Of a DNA stretch of 64,000 bases, positions 40,074-51,554 are shown piece by piece. The notes beneath the pieces were generated by a model. It made no database searches. It was not told where the DNA came from and saw only the letters and a list, made by a program, of their open reading frames with translations. The stretch's first letter is position 1; each line of letters begins with the position of its first letter. The stretch lies in NCBI GenBank assembly GCA_029555085.1, contig JAKPTO010000026.1:37217-101216 (forward strand), in the 5' to 3' direction. A program made the position numbers and the translations under genes. Origin of the DNA: a bacterium. GTDB lineage: Bacteria; Patescibacteriota; Patescibacteriia; UBA1558; S5-K13.

Positions 40074-40783
40074 TGATTTGTTGTATTTTTAATTGCTTCT
40101 AAAATTTGTTCCCAAATTTGTTTATTTATAACACCCTGAAATAACTCCCCGTTTACAAAAAATGTTGGCGCTCCATTTACACCCGCTTTCAAGCCCAATT
40201 GAACATCAGAATAAATAAGGGATTCATATTTTTTCGAAAGATAACAGTCTTTAAATTTATTAACATCAAGATGAATATCCTTTGCAAACTGCATAAATGC
40301 AGATTCTCCTAAAATTCTCTGATTTTCAAATAATTTATCGTGCATTTCCCAAAACTTTCCTTGTTCATTTGCACAGCTTGATGCTAATGCGGGAGTTATA
40401 TCATCCGATATTGGAAAATATCTGTATATTAATTTTACACTATCTTTATTATCATTGACAAAATTTTTTAAATCTACATATGCAGACAAGCAGTATGGAC
40501 AATTAAAATCTGAAAACTCAACTATCGTCATGATTGGAGATGAGGCCCCTCTCTGAGGAGAAGTTTTAGATTCCAACTCTTCTCTTTTAACTTTTTCTTT
40601 TGGGGTATTTGATGTGTTGCTATATGCAGAATAAAGAGTTAAGTCACTATTATGCATAATAATTGAACCGTCTTCTATTGCTTTTTTATAATCAAATACT
40701 TTTTTGACAAATAAAATAGCTACTGTCAAAAAAAAGATTAAAAAAACCCCTAAGAATATATGCCATTTTTTAATTTTAATCAT
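40070..40783 (-). CDS. DsbA-family thiol:disulfide oxidoreductase (membrane-anchored)
   Basis: N-terminal TM segment; thioredoxin-fold CxxC motif FSDFNCPYC. Confidence 0.75.
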   Translation of the reverse strand: MIKIKKWHIFLGVFLIFFLTVAILFVKKVFDYKKAIEDGSIIMHNSDLTLYSAYSNTSNTPKEKVKREELESKTSPQRGASSPIMTIVEFSDFNCPYCLSAYVDLKNFVNDNKDSVKLIYRYFPISDDITPALASSCANEQGKFWEMHDKLFENQRILGESAFMQFAKDIHLDVNKFKDCYLSKKYESLIYSDVQLGLKAGVNGAPTFFVNGELFQGVINKQIWEQILEAIKNTTNQ

Positions 40784-40789
40784 ATGATT

Positions 40790-42214
40790 TTATTTATTTA
40801 TAAAATTTTTTTCTAAATTCCATGCTAATTTCAAAACATTTTCCTCGTCCATATATTTTCCCATAATTTGTAATCCTATTGGCAAGTCATTTGATTTTAG
40901 AGGTATTGAAATTGCTGGAATATCCGCGATACTTGCTGAAACTGTAAATATATCAGAAAAATACATTTTTAGTGGATCTTTTAATTTTTCTCCGATTTTA
41001 AAAGCTTTCGTTGGTGTGGTTGGAGTAATAATAAAATCTACATTTTTAAAAATTTCGTTCAATTTATTTTTTATATCGCCTTGAACTAACATTGCTCTAT
41101 TATAATAAGCTTCTTTATATCCACTTGATAAAACATAATTTCCTATTAAAATTCTTCTTTTAACTTCATCTCCCATACCCATTGTTCTATTTTTTTTGTA
41201 TGCATCGTCTAAAGAATCATACACCTTGGAATCAAAACCATATCTAAACCCATCATATTTCGCTAGATTTGAGGAACTTTCCGCTGGCTGAATTATACAG
41301 TAGGCAGCAAGAGCTTCATCAATAAAAGACATGTTTATTTCTTTTATTTTTATTTTTGCTCCCCTTAAATCTTTAATTAATTTGTCAAAAGACTCTAATA
41401 TGTTTTTATCTGTTACAAAATTATCAAAATTTTTTGGTATTCCTATTGTTATATTTTTTATTTTTGATTTTATATTACGAATATTAACTTTTTTAGTATT
41501 TAAATTTGTTGCATCATCGTCGTCTTTACCAACAATTACATTAAATAAGATTGCACAATCAAGAGAAGAATTAGCAATTGGTCCTATTTGATCAAATGAG
41601 GAGGCAAGTGAAATAAGTCCATTTCTTGAAATTCTTCCATAGCTTGGTTTTAATCCACAAACTCCGCAAAAACTAGCCGGCTGTCTTATGGAACCGCTAG
41701 TATCACTTCCTAAAGCAACAGCACAATGACCAGAGGCAACTGAAACAGCGCTACCACCAGACGAACCACCAGAAACTCTTTTTCTATCATGAGGATTTAA
41801 TACAGGACCAAAAAATGATGTCTCATTCGATGATCCCATTGCAAACTCATCCATATTTGTTTTACCAAGAATAATAACACCACTTTGTTTTAATTTTTTA
41901 ATAACATATGCATCGTACGAAGCCACATAATTAGACAACATTTTTGAACCAGCAGTTGTCTTGTGATCCTTAACTAAAATATTATCTTTTATGGCTATCG
42001 GAACTCCTTCTAATAATTCTAGTTTTTTACCGCTTTTAATTTTTTCATCAATTTTTTGTGCTTGTTCTATTGAATCATTCTCAAAAATAGTAATAAAATC
42101 ATTCAAATTATCTGACTTAATTTTTTTTATACAATCTTTTATCAAATCAACACAAGAGATTATTTTATTGTTTAACTCTCTATTAATTTTCTCTATTGTA
42201 AAATTATTATTCAT
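40790..42214 (-). CDS. gatA: Glutamyl-tRNA(Gln) amidotransferase subunit A
   Basis: Amidase signature GGSSGGSAVSVASGHCAVALGSDTSGSIRQPASFCGVCGLKPSYG; gatC lies immediately upstream. Confidence 0.9.
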   Translation of the reverse strand: MNNNFTIEKINRELNNKIISCVDLIKDCIKKIKSDNLNDFITIFENDSIEQAQKIDEKIKSGKKLELLEGVPIAIKDNILVKDHKTTAGSKMLSNYVASYDAYVIKKLKQSGVIILGKTNMDEFAMGSSNETSFFGPVLNPHDRKRVSGGSSGGSAVSVASGHCAVALGSDTSGSIRQPASFCGVCGLKPSYGRISRNGLISLASSFDQIGPIANSSLDCAILFNVIVGKDDDDATNLNTKKVNIRNIKSKIKNITIGIPKNFDNFVTDKNILESFDKLIKDLRGAKIKIKEINMSFIDEALAAYCIIQPAESSSNLAKYDGFRYGFDSKVYDSLDDAYKKNRTMGMGDEVKRRILIGNYVLSSGYKEAYYNRAMLVQGDIKNKLNEIFKNVDFIITPTTPTKAFKIGEKLKDPLKMYFSDIFTVSASIADIPAISIPLKSNDLPIGLQIMGKYMDEENVLKLAWNLEKNFINK

Positions 42215-42218
42215 AGAT

Positions 42219-42491
42219 TTACAAAACCTTCTTTACTCTTAGTAAATTATCCTTTTTGTCAGCAAATTGTGATATAAGTAAATCGCTTTGGGATGTTTTA
42301 ATTTTATCTTTTCTTAAATTTGTATATTTACTATTATTGGATTTTATTTTTTCTGAGATTGGATACTGCTGAACTTTTTTTACATAATTTAAAATATTGT
42401 TAATATCTTTCAATAAAGTACTTTCCTCTTTTTTAGAAAGTTGTATTTTTGAAAACTCAGCAAGTTTTAAAATTTCTTTTTTCGTTAACAT
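42219..42491 (-). CDS. gatC: Glutamyl-tRNA(Gln) amidotransferase subunit C
   Basis: 90-aa protein with the GatC-like N-terminus MLTKKEILKLAEFSKIQLSKKE. Confidence 0.7.
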   Translation of the reverse strand: MLTKKEILKLAEFSKIQLSKKEESTLLKDINNILNYVKKVQQYPISEKIKSNNSKYTNLRKDKIKTSQSDLLISQFADKKDNLLRVKKVL

Positions 42492-42495
42492 GTTT

Positions 42496-44511
<2,016 letters not shown>

Positions 44512-45348
44512 CTAATTAAAATCTTTTAACAAAGATTCTTCAGAAAATATAACATAATCAAATAACCCAGATAAAGGATCTTCTCTTCTTAAACTAACAG
44601 ACAATGCTTGTCTATTAGCATTTTCTATATCTCCTCCGGGATATTGACCAATTGTTTTTATTACATATATATTTTTAAACTTCAGAGAATTATTATCTCC
44701 ATCAAATGCTTGAATTTTTAAATCATGAATATCACAAAATAAAGCTTTGACTCTAAATTGATAAATCTTATTTGGATCTAAACTAGAACCGCCAATTTCA
44801 GTTATTGAATCACTTGACTCGTTTAGTAAAGATTTATAAACATGTTGCGATTCGCCCCCCGCGCTCCAAACAATACTTCCTCCGGACTTCCATTCATTTA
44901 CTGTAAGTTCTATCCAAGAACTATTTGGCGACTCTTCGGTGGAACAATTATCCTCCCAAGAAATTGAAAGATAAGATAGATTACTCGCCTCCCCTAAATC
45001 CTCTAAATTGTAAAGGTCGAATTGAAAAAATTGATTTTTTTTGAGACCTATATTTATACTTTGAATATCGTCATCTACTGTTCTAATTATGGAACTATCA
45101 AAGCCATTAAAAAAATAACTGTCGGTATTTAATTTTTCTGGAATTATGTTTTTTTGCCTTAAATAGTATATTGCTTGTTCATTGCCTGATTCTGCAGCAT
45201 AAAAAGCAATATTTGCATTATCAACGCTTTTAGATTGCTTAATTTGCCTTAAAGAGAATCTTGATACATAAAGAACACTTACCAAAATAGAAGTCATAAT
45301 TAAAAACGCTAATAAAAGAGCTGATCCATTTTTAACTTTAATTGTCAT
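44512..45348 (-). CDS. Pilin-like / minor pseudopilin protein
   Basis: N-terminal hydrophobic anchor; last gene of the pseudopilin operon. Confidence 0.4.
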   Translation of the reverse strand: MTIKVKNGSALLLAFLIMTSILVSVLYVSRFSLRQIKQSKSVDNANIAFYAAESGNEQAIYYLRQKNIIPEKLNTDSYFFNGFDSSIIRTVDDDIQSINIGLKKNQFFQFDLYNLEDLGEASNLSYLSISWEDNCSTEESPNSSWIELTVNEWKSGGSIVWSAGGESQHVYKSLLNESSDSITEIGGSSLDPNKIYQFRVKALFCDIHDLKIQAFDGDNNSLKFKNIYVIKTIGQYPGGDIENANRQALSVSLRREDPLSGLFDYVIFSEESLLKDFN

Positions 45349-45350
45349 AA

Positions 45351-45911
45351 TTATTTTATATAATTTCTTGCACTTACTGTTGTTTGTAATAAAATTTCTG
45401 CACCATCTCTATTATCAACAAATGTCATAACAATTGTTACAAGTGTTTGCTTGTTTAAATCCCCAGCAAGCTTTTCTGTTGATATAGTTGGGCTAATATA
45501 AAAATACATATCTTTCACGCTAACACTATTTCCAGTTACATCACTCCAACCAGAATCATTATATTTAACTTGCAGAAAAGTATTGTTTTTTCCTCCAACT
45601 AATTTTACTTGTTTTCGAAAAAAAATCTTATTACCGGAATTATCTTCTAGAGCCAACTCTGTTATTGGGTTTTTTACTGTAAAATCTGGATAATAAGAAT
45701 AATCAACATTACCCAATCTTACTTCTCTAGATATATAATCCATTGCGAACCTCATCTCATTTTGTACCCTTTGCATTGCTATAATCTTTGTATTTGCCTT
45801 CATTGTTAATATGTACACACCAATACAAATCGTTGAAACAATACTAAAAATAGCAGTCGCGACAATCATTTCAAGTAATGTAAATCCTGGTTTTTTATAT
45901 ATTTTTTCCAT
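45351..45911 (-). CDS. Type IV pilin/pseudopilin with prepilin-type N-terminal cleavage/methylation motif
   Basis: KKPGFTLLEMIVATAIFSIV. Confidence 0.7.
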   Translation of the reverse strand: MEKIYKKPGFTLLEMIVATAIFSIVSTICIGVYILTMKANTKIIAMQRVQNEMRFAMDYISREVRLGNVDYSYYPDFTVKNPITELALEDNSGNKIFFRKQVKLVGGKNNTFLQVKYNDSGWSDVTGNSVSVKDMYFYISPTISTEKLAGDLNKQTLVTIVMTFVDNRDGAEILLQTTVSARNYIK

Positions 45912-45922
45912 AAATTAAAATA

Positions 45923-46582
45923 CTATTTCCAATTATATATCCTTTCTTGTATCTGGGTTGTTTTGATCGAACCTCCATCGTTCCAACCAACTAAAGAAGT
46001 TACCTGTAGGCCTATAAAATTTGTAGGATCTTCGCATTCTGATTCTGGTGATGTATTAATTATTTCATCTTCCCATTCATCATTATAACAAATCGCATCT
46101 ATATATATTATTCTATAAAAATTAGCATCCGACAATTGATAAGAATCTAATCCCTCCATAGAATCTTTATGAACATATATTTTTTGATTTGGCGATTCTT
46201 CTGGCCAAGCTAAGAACAATTTACATTGTCCAGTCTCAAGACATTTATCCCAAGGTATGCTAATGTATTCTAAAATATATCCATCTTGATCTTCCCTGGG
46301 ATACTTATTATCTAATATAAATGTTCTTGAATCTCCATCAATTGCTAAATCCGGTAATAATCCACTGCTCCACGCTAATCCATCAATCCAATTTGAATCT
46401 CTTATATTTCTAACAACTTCCACTCCTTCTCTGGCTAAGTTCGTGGCTTTAAGCATATTATGATTGAAACGCTCAACCCTAAGATTCGCCACAACTAAAT
46501 TCATAATAGATAAAATACCTACCACTGCTATATAAATAGCTATTACTACCTCCAATATTCCCTGTGCTTTACTTTTTTTCAT
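45923..46582 (-). CDS. Type IV pseudopilin-like protein
   Basis: KAQGILEVVIAIYIAVVGIL, a variant class III signal. Confidence 0.55.
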   Translation of the reverse strand: MKKSKAQGILEVVIAIYIAVVGILSIMNLVVANLRVERFNHNMLKATNLAREGVEVVRNIRDSNWIDGLAWSSGLLPDLAIDGDSRTFILDNKYPREDQDGYILEYISIPWDKCLETGQCKLFLAWPEESPNQKIYVHKDSMEGLDSYQLSDANFYRIIYIDAICYNDEWEDEIINTSPESECEDPTNFIGLQVTSLVGWNDGGSIKTTQIQERIYNWK

Positions 46583-46584
46583 AT

Positions 46585-47166
46585 TTAATTATTTAAAAAT
46601 TCAGACCATGTTTTACCAGAACCTGGAGTAATGTTTATTACCCATTTCCCCGGTGCCTTAGTACTGCCTAAAAATATCTGACAAGACAAAACATTTTCAT
46701 CTTTATTTTCATCTATAATAATAGACATTAAACCTTTTGGCATTGAAAAATTAATATCTAATGATTCTAATTCTTTTTCTTCGTATCCAAGTTCTGATTC
46801 ATCTTTAATTTTACACCGTAACTGATCAAAATAAAACTGACTTTCTAAAATATTTTCTGAATAAATTAAATTTTCATTATAAAAACCATAAACACCAATA
46901 TCTGCGTAAATATTATATGAATATGAACCATTTACATCCTTTAAAAAAATTATTCCATAACCATTAATAGGTACTGTATTTTGAATTTTTTGACCTGTTA
47001 GTGAAAGATTTTTTGTAAATCCTATTGAATCTTCTATGTCATAAGCTGTTAAACGAAATTCATTTATTCTTCTTGTATATCCATAATCAAGAATAACAAC
47101 ACTTAAGAGAATTACAAATATACCAATCGCAACTACAACCTCTATTATTGTAAAAGCTTTTTTCAT
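46585..47166 (-). CDS. Type IV pilin/pseudopilin with prepilin-type N-terminal motif
   Basis: MKKAFTIIEVVVAIGIFVILL. Confidence 0.7.
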   Translation of the reverse strand: MKKAFTIIEVVVAIGIFVILLSVVILDYGYTRRINEFRLTAYDIEDSIGFTKNLSLTGQKIQNTVPINGYGIIFLKDVNGSYSYNIYADIGVYGFYNENLIYSENILESQFYFDQLRCKIKDESELGYEEKELESLDINFSMPKGLMSIIIDENKDENVLSCQIFLGSTKAPGKWVINITPGSGKTWSEFLNN

Positions 47167-47960
47167 ATAATTAATAAATTAATATACCAATTCAATAATT
47201 GCTCTCCGAAAAGAAAAGAAATAAACATTGCAAAAGAAATAAATGGTCCAAGAGGAATTTTTAATTTAGTTTTTTCTTTTTTAGATTTAGATAATAAAAG
47301 AAAAATACCAATTATTGCTCCGGAAAAGTAAGTAATCAATAACGCCACAATTGTAATTTTAAATCCCAAAAGCGCACCCATAAAAACCCCGAGCAATATG
47401 TCTCCACTACCAAGCCATTTTCCTTTTGAAATAACATATTGTATACCAAAAAAAATTACTCCGAGAACAATCCCATAAAAAATATTTAAAATATTATTTT
47501 TCATTATTAAATTAAAAATAATAGATAAAACTATCCCCAAATAAACTATAAAATCCACTATTAAATAGTATTTCAAATCATAAATAAATATAAAAGACAA
47601 AATAAATACAAGTATTAAATAAAATATAAAGCTAATAATTAATTGACCATGAAGCCAAAGTCCAGAAACAAAGAAAAACCAATATCCGAATGAAAATAAA
47701 ATTCCTAGAATTACCTCAACAAAAAAATTCTCAAATTGAATCTTTGATTTACAATATCTACATTTCCCAAGTAAAACAATGTAAGAAAAAACTGGAATTA
47801 AATCTAAAATCCCCAATGTTTTTTTACAATTAAGACAATACGATCTATTAAGTATTGATTTTTCTTCATTTATTCGATAAATCAAGCAATCTAAAAAACT
47901 ACCAAAAACAGCCCCTAAAATAAAAAATAGTATATAGAACATACCATTATTATAGCACAA
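47163..47960 (-). CDS. Prepilin peptidase (A24 family)
   Basis: N-terminal zinc-binding CxxC...CxxC (CLNCKK...CRYCKS) and a polytopic membrane domain with GSGD. Confidence 0.8.
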   Translation of the reverse strand: MCYNNGMFYILFFILGAVFGSFLDCLIYRINEEKSILNRSYCLNCKKTLGILDLIPVFSYIVLLGKCRYCKSKIQFENFFVEVILGILFSFGYWFFFVSGLWLHGQLIISFIFYLILVFILSFIFIYDLKYYLIVDFIVYLGIVLSIIFNLIMKNNILNIFYGIVLGVIFFGIQYVISKGKWLGSGDILLGVFMGALLGFKITIVALLITYFSGAIIGIFLLLSKSKKEKTKLKIPLGPFISFAMFISFLFGEQLLNWYINLLII

Positions 47961-47996
47961 AATCTCGGATTATAATATTTATATTTTCATCCAAAA

Positions 47997-48614
47997 TTAC
48001 TTCAAAATTGTACCTGTTTTTATATACCAGATATAAATATCTAACTCTCCCTGACTCATATCCAATTTTTTGCATATTTTATGCATTTTTTTCTCTATTT
48101 CAATATATCTCTTTGGTGTTAATGTTTTATATTCAGCTATTATTCCGTTATCAATCAAACTACTAATAATATGCCTATCTAAAATAGCATAATCAAAAAA
48201 ACCAACATTTCTTAAAAAATGCGACGATTCCTTCATCCCAAGACCTTTTATATTTTTCAAAAGCCACATTCTTTTATCATTTTCTTCTAATAAAATATCT
48301 TTGATGTTTTTATACTTTCTTGCCAAAACAATACGATTCGCGCGTTGAGGCCAAAATCTATGACCTGATTTTTTCAAAAATCTTGCTAATTTTTCTTCAT
48401 TCCAATTTAAAAAACCATTCGGAGTTAATTTTTTTTGAATTTCAATTGACTCTTTTGCTTTCCAATTTGAAGTTAATAAACAATAACAAAGTTCAAAAAA
48501 CCATTCATTGTTTGATTTTTTGTTTAAAATTAAAAAATCTTTTAATCTTCTATCAATTTTATTTTTGATTTTTGATTTTCTTATTTCTTGAATTTTGTTT
48601 ATTAATTTTTTCAT
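47997..48614 (-). CDS. ogg: 8-oxoguanine DNA glycosylase/AP lyase, Ogg2-type (HhH-GPD)
   Basis: GLGMKESSHFLRNVGFFDYAILDRHI carries the HhH-GPD catalytic Lys and Asp. The start is moved to the internal MKKLINK (48614), which shortens the overlap with nth to about 56 nt. Confidence 0.55.
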   Translation of the reverse strand: MKKLINKIQEIRKSKIKNKIDRRLKDFLILNKKSNNEWFFELCYCLLTSNWKAKESIEIQKKLTPNGFLNWNEEKLARFLKKSGHRFWPQRANRIVLARKYKNIKDILLEENDKRMWLLKNIKGLGMKESSHFLRNVGFFDYAILDRHIISSLIDNGIIAEYKTLTPKRYIEIEKKMHKICKKLDMSQGELDIYIWYIKTGTILK

Positions 48615-49269
48615 AATGTAAACAATAATTTTTAATTTTACAAATATTACATTTTGGACCAATTGGCCTACAAATATTTTGACCAAACAATACTAATACA
48701 AAATTTATTTTTTTCCAGTACAACTTATCTAAATTTTTTCTTAAAAACATTTCGGTTTCATACGGAGTCCTTGTGTTTAAATATCCAATTCTATTTAATA
48801 TTCTATGAACATGCGTATCCACACAAATTGCTGGTTTTTTTAAAACTGTAGAAATATATAAATTTGCTGTTTTTCTCCCAATTCCTGGAAGTTTTATAAG
48901 TTCATCGATAGTTTCCGGAATTTTAGAATTGAAATCCTTATTTAAAACAAAACATAATTTTTTTAAATTTTTTGCTTTTGTTTTATAAAAACCAACTGGA
49001 TAAATCAATTTTTGTATTTGTAGATTTGTTAATTTTTGCAAATCTTTACAGTTGCTTACTTTTTCAAATAATCTTAATGATGACTCAAGAGTTGTTTTGT
49101 CTTTTGTTCGTGACGATAAAATTATTGAAATTAAAATCTGAAAATTGTTAAATTTTTTAGAATACAAAAAATCAACAGCAGGAAGTTCAAATTCACTAAC
49201 CTGCTGTGACAATAAATCAAGTATTTTTTCTATTTTTACTTTGATTTCCATAATCCATGAAGATTGCAA
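48559..49269 (-). CDS. nth: Endonuclease III
   Basis: HhH LPGIGRKTANLY, VDTHVHRILNRIG and a [4Fe-4S] ligand set C-x6-C-x2-C-x5-C (CRPIGPKCNICKIKNYC). Confidence 0.9.
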   Translation of the reverse strand: MQSSWIMEIKVKIEKILDLLSQQVSEFELPAVDFLYSKKFNNFQILISIILSSRTKDKTTLESSLRLFEKVSNCKDLQKLTNLQIQKLIYPVGFYKTKAKNLKKLCFVLNKDFNSKIPETIDELIKLPGIGRKTANLYISTVLKKPAICVDTHVHRILNRIGYLNTRTPYETEMFLRKNLDKLYWKKINFVLVLFGQNICRPIGPKCNICKIKNYCLHYEKINKQNSRNKKIKNQK

Positions 49270-49637
49270 TATGCTCTAACCGTAACAATATTTGCTTTAG
49301 CGTAGAAGTCTGCTTCTGGTTTATCTCCTGGATTTAAAAATTTCTTCCCAGACTTTCCATCATCAGTATTAATTTCAATCCACTCTATAAAATGAGATTC
49401 TTCCATTGGATGTTCAGTTGATCCAACCTTAACTTTGTAACCAAATTCTGTTTTTTCTATAATTGGAACATGTTTTTCATTACCCTGATCTTGTGATTTT
49501 TCTCCTTCTAATCTCATAGCCGTCCCACAACAAACAAGTGATTCTGCTCCAATGTTTAAAACCTCAATAACATTGCCACAAATATCACATTTATAAATCT
49601 GTTTTTTCTTTGTCATAATATTTAAATTAATAATCAA
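49236..49637 (-). CDS. dfx: Desulfoferrodoxin (two-iron superoxide reductase)
   Basis: N-terminal desulforedoxin-like YKCDICGNVIEV...CCGTAM; C-terminal centre II His/Cys ligands. The true start is probably the second Met (MTKKKQIYKC). Confidence 0.8.
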   Translation of the reverse strand: MIINLNIMTKKKQIYKCDICGNVIEVLNIGAESLVCCGTAMRLEGEKSQDQGNEKHVPIIEKTEFGYKVKVGSTEHPMEESHFIEWIEINTDDGKSGKKFLNPGDKPEADFYAKANIVTVRAYCNLHGLWKSK

Positions 49638-49692
49638 TTATAAAATTTTAAATACTAAGTAACCAAAATGGAAATTTGATTATTAGTTGTTG

Positions 49693-50262
49693 TTACTTGG
49701 ACATTGTTTCAAAATATGCTTTTGGGTGTTTACATGCTGGACATTCTTCTGGGGCATTTTCTGATTCATGAACATAACCACAATTTCTACAAACCCAATA
49801 AACTTTTTCTGATCTTACAAAAGTAGTATTGTTTTCTAAATGTTCTAAAAATTTCTTATACTTTTCTTCATGATGTCGTTCTGCCTCGGCAATACTCCTA
49901 AGTCTAATTGCAATATCTTTTAAACCCTCGCGTTCTGCTATATCAGCAAATTCTGGATACATTGATGTATGTTCATAATTTTCTCCAGCAATTGCTGCTT
50001 TTAAATTCGCAATTGTATCACCTAAAACAGTAGGACATTCTGAATCAACTTTTATAGCTTCTCCACTATTTTGAGTTAATTCGTTTATAAGTTTCATTAG
50101 AACTTTTGCATGTTCTTTTTCTTGATCTGCTGTTAGTGTAAAGTTAGCTGAAATCTCTTCAAATCCCTCTTTTTTAGCAACAGAAGCATAATAAGTATAT
50201 CTATTTCTAGCTTGTGATTCACCTATAAAAGCTTTTGCTAAATTTTTAATTGTTTCTTGCAT
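49693..50262 (-). CDS. rbr: Rubrerythrin
   Basis: Di-iron ferritin-like domain with a C-terminal rubredoxin-like CRNCGY...CPACKHP. Confidence 0.9.
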   Translation of the reverse strand: MQETIKNLAKAFIGESQARNRYTYYASVAKKEGFEEISANFTLTADQEKEHAKVLMKLINELTQNSGEAIKVDSECPTVLGDTIANLKAAIAGENYEHTSMYPEFADIAEREGLKDIAIRLRSIAEAERHHEEKYKKFLEHLENNTTFVRSEKVYWVCRNCGYVHESENAPEECPACKHPKAYFETMSK

Positions 50263-50339
50263 AATTTTTTAATTAATTATTAATATTTTAAGTATATCAA
50301 ATTCAAACAGCATTATAAAGCGTTGTTAATAGCGTATAA

Positions 50340-51554
50340 TTATTGATAATATTTATTTCTATTATAGTTAAATTCAAAAGATTTATTAAAATCAGATACT
50401 AATGATGGAATATTTGAAACCATAATTGACTCATCGTTTCTAAAAAATCCCCCAGAACTCCAATTATTTGTTCCAAAAAGAGCTATTTTATCATCAAAAA
50501 TCATTAGATGATGGTGTAAAAAAGAATTTAAATTTTGTTCATTAAATATTTGTTTTAATTCTTTATTTCTATTTTCATCAGTCAAAATTTCTAAATTATC
50601 TAAATGATTTTGCTTTTTCTTTTTTATCATAAAATTAAATACGGAACCATCTACTGAAAAATTATAATCATCTGTTAAAATTTTTACACTAATCTTTTTT
50701 GATGCTAATAATAAATCTTCTGCAATATCTCTATCTGTCATAAGCCAAATCATGGATTTTATGTTGTCCTTTGAATTCTCAATCAGATTCAACATTCTAT
50801 CCTTGATACCAGTATTTATTCTTTGTGGAGTAAACCAAATTTCTAAAAATCCTTCTGGATATTTTATAAGAGCAGCGAATGGATTATATTCTTTTGATAA
50901 TTTATCTCTTCCGCGTAAACCAGAAAATATTCTATCAAATTCCTCTCCATATATTTCAATAATTTCTGGCCTGTCAGTTTCTAAAATAAAACTCGGATCA
51001 TATTTATCTTGAATATAAGTAAAATTATAAGAACTAAAGAGTAATTTCTGGGTCTCCTCGCCTCTATCAATTATTATAAATTTATGATGCATGTATTCTG
51101 ATTTTTGAGTATTAATGTTCCTAGACAAAATATCTTTTCTTGTAATATTATCTCGCTTTTCTGAAAACAATCTATTATTTATATCTCTATGCACATCACT
51201 AAAAACTAATTTTATATTCACTCCTCTGTCTGATGCTTTATAAATTGCATCTCTTATCCTTTCGTCGTTCATAGAATAAATAGCCACTTCAATGGTTTTT
51301 TGTGCAGAATTTATAGAATCAATAACAATTTTTGACAAAATGTTTTGTCCAAATTCATCATTAAAATGTAAACTCCCTGAAAATGGTTCTGTGATTTCTA
51401 TGATTTTCGCAGGCCTAAATTCTACTATTCTTCTCTTCGAAAAAGATGTAAAAAATAAGTATATAAAAATTCCCATTGTAATTAATAAAAGAATTGGAAT
51501 TGCCCAAAAAATAAATGTCTTATGTGATTTTTCTAATTTCATCACCCAGCTCAT
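50340..51554 (-). CDS. Membrane-anchored phospholipase D-superfamily (HKD motif) protein; the second HKD motif is degenerate (HxHxxxxD)
   Basis: N-terminal TM segment; HHKFIIIDRG...FSSYNFT is a canonical HxKxxxxD..SxN motif. The second copy HHHLMIFDDKIALFGTNNWS lacks the Lys. Its start overlaps the upstream ABC-like gene by 35 nt. Confidence 0.55.
   Translation of the reverse strand: MSWVMKLEKSHKTFIFWAIPILLLITMGIFIYLFFTSFSKRRIVEFRPAKIIEITEPFSGSLHFNDEFGQNILSKIVIDSINSAQKTIEVAIYSMNDERIRDAIYKASDRGVNIKLVFSDVHRDINNRLFSEKRDNITRKDILSRNINTQKSEYMHHKFIIIDRGEETQKLLFSSYNFTYIQDKYDPSFILETDRPEIIEIYGEEFDRIFSGLRGRDKLSKEYNPFAALIKYPEGFLEIWFTPQRINTGIKDRMLNLIENSKDNIKSMIWLMTDRDIAEDLLLASKKISVKILTDDYNFSVDGSVFNFMIKKKKQNHLDNLEILTDENRNKELKQIFNEQNLNSFLHHHLMIFDDKIALFGTNNWSSGGFFRNDESIMVSNIPSLVSDFNKSFEFNYNRNKYYQ

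Noticed and set aside
47997-48686. ORF-track start of ogg at 48686 (128-nt overlap with nth)
   Set aside because: The first 24 codons (MVKIFVGQLVQNVIFVKLKIIVYI) look like read-through of the nth 3' region in another frame. The internal MKKLINK start at 48614 is more plausible.
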